Source of the DNA: Thermodesulfobacteriota bacterium
GTDB taxonomy: Bacteria; Desulfobacterota_D; UBA1144; Nemesobacterales; CSP1-2
Assembly: GCA_035559815.1 (NCBI GenBank)
Contig: DATMAT010000029.1
Coordinates: 2,485-66,484 of the forward strand
Reading direction: 5' to 3'
DNA: 64,000 nt
Numbering within the stretch: the first letter of the stretch is position 1; each line of letters begins with the position of its first letter. This document shows, piece by piece, positions 62,918 to 64,000 of this stretch. The translations under genes were made by a program, and so were the position numbers. Under the pieces are notes generated by a model. It did no database searches and was not told the DNA's origin. It saw only the letters and a program-made list of their open reading frames with translations.

Positions 62918-62989
62918 TTTGCCCTAAGAGATTATTTTATTACCGATTGGGTGAAGGTCTAATTTTATTTCACAGGGGGAATGTTAAAG

Positions 62990-63531
62990 ATGAGTTATGA
63001 TCCTGATAGACATCAGCGTAGGTCTATTAGATTAAAAGATTATGATTATTCTCAACCAGGAGCGTATTTTGTAACGATATGTACGCGTGACCGGGAATGC
63101 CTTTTGGTGATATTGTTGAAGGTCGAATGTTTTTGAATGAAATCGGTTTTCTTGTGAGTGATGAATGGATCCGTTCAGTTCAATTACGAAAAGAAATCGA
63201 ATTAGATGAGTTTGTTGTAATGCCAAATCATCTACACGGTATTGTTATAATTAGAGAATCAAATGTAGGGGCGACCGGCCGGTCGCCCCTACCTAAGGGA
63301 CCCAAGCCGAGATCAATAGGGGCGTTTATTGCAGGTTTTAAATCCTCTGCAACAAAACGAATAAATATAATGCGTGGTACCTCCGGTTTCCGTATATGGC
63401 AACGTAATTATTACGAACGCATCATCCGAAACGAAGATGAATTAAATGAGATCAGAGAGTATATCGCTAATAACCCCCTAAAATGGGAATCGGATGAAGA
63501 AAACCCGGACGTTTACCCTATGGCTTTTTAA
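62990..63531 (+). pseudogene. REP-associated tyrosine transposase (RAYT, IS200/IS605 Y1 family), frameshifted
   Basis: frame 2 from 62990: MSYDPDRHQRRSIRLKDYDYSQPGAYFVTICTRDREC; frame 1 from 63097: (M)PFGDIVEGRMFLNEIG...VVMPNHLHGIVII...WQRNYYERIIRNEDELNEIREYIANNP; one missing T in ctttt(t)gg joins them. Confidence 0.65.
63265..63292. repeat. REP-type palindrome embedded in RAYT coding sequence
   Basis: gtaggggcgaccggccggtcgcccctac encodes VGATGRSPL. Confidence 0.5.
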
Positions 63532-64000
63532 AACCGATTAATTACAATTCTCTAAAATCATGTCAATCCTGGTGCACTACGGTGAGCTTGCCCTCAAGGG
63601 TAAGAACCGGAGATTATTCGAAAACAAACTCATAGAGAATATTAAAAAGGCTACCGGTGGAAAGGTCGGAAGGTTCGAGGGGCGCCTATTAGTGGAGGAC
63701 GGAGATTCGGATTCGTTAAATAATGTTTTTGGTATATCCTGGTTCGCCCCGTCATATAGAGTTAAAAAAGACCTAAAAGAGATAAAGGAATTGATAATAG
63801 AAAAAACGGGAGAAAGAATAAATGGGGATCCCACTTTCGGGATATTTGTAAAAAGGGTGGATAAAAAGTTTCCCTATACCTCTATGGAGGTAGCGAAAGA
63901 TATAGGCGAGGAGATAGTTAGAAAATATAAGCTCGAGGTGAGTCTTAAGAATCCGGAGCTTCCTATTTATGTAGAGATCGCCGACGAGGTTTTTGTCCAT

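Overview
This is a 64-kb chromosomal window from a Gram-negative-type bacterium. Outer-membrane indicators are a TonB-dependent receptor, OM beta-barrel proteins ending in Phe, many lipoproteins and two sigma54-driven type IV pilin-like genes. Coding density is moderate and the intergenic regions are unusually rich in repeats. The main contents are listed below.

- **B12-uptake locus.** A cobalamin riboswitch (about 2668-2840) precedes a btuB-like TonB-dependent receptor, a beta-propeller lipoprotein, a BtuF-like binding protein and a DUF1152-like gene. Just upstream, a C-terminal lipA remnant follows gcvH.
- **Housekeeping genes.** fabH, gdhA, thiD, folD, truA, pncB, a birA-like ligase, a crotonase, a fumarylacetoacetate-hydrolase-family (FAH) enzyme, a nitrilase, two luciferase-like-monooxygenase (LLM) class and one pyridoxamine-5'-phosphate-oxidase (PPOX) class flavin/F420-type oxidoreductases, ABC transporters, two soluble-lytic-transglycosylase (SLT) domain proteins, an S41 protease, an adenylate cyclase and response regulators.
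- **Mobile and repeat layer.** A frameshifted REP-associated tyrosine transposase (RAYT) gene at 62990-63531 is accompanied by at least eight palindromic 27-28-nt REPs, seven of which begin GTAG. Two miniature cassettes bounded by terminal inverted repeats (TIRs) carry small nuclease-like genes: a GxxExxY gene inserted between an ABC ATPase and its permease, and a GIY-YIG gene with an in-frame TGA. Several other short repeat families occur, including two about 0.7-1 kb intergenic repeat pile-ups (51.1-51.8 kb and 57.1-58.2 kb).
- **Duplicated noncoding element.** An element of roughly 0.3-0.5 kb occurs at about 9.5-10.1 kb and 59.5-59.9 kb, each copy abutting a decayed hicB antitoxin gene.
- **Secreted paralogues.** Two Cys-rich paralogous proteins (60313-62812) sit behind tandem sigma70-like promoters. 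One ends in a GlyGly/MYXO-CTERM-like sorting signal.

All calls are from reading the sequence and the ORF track. No database search was run.
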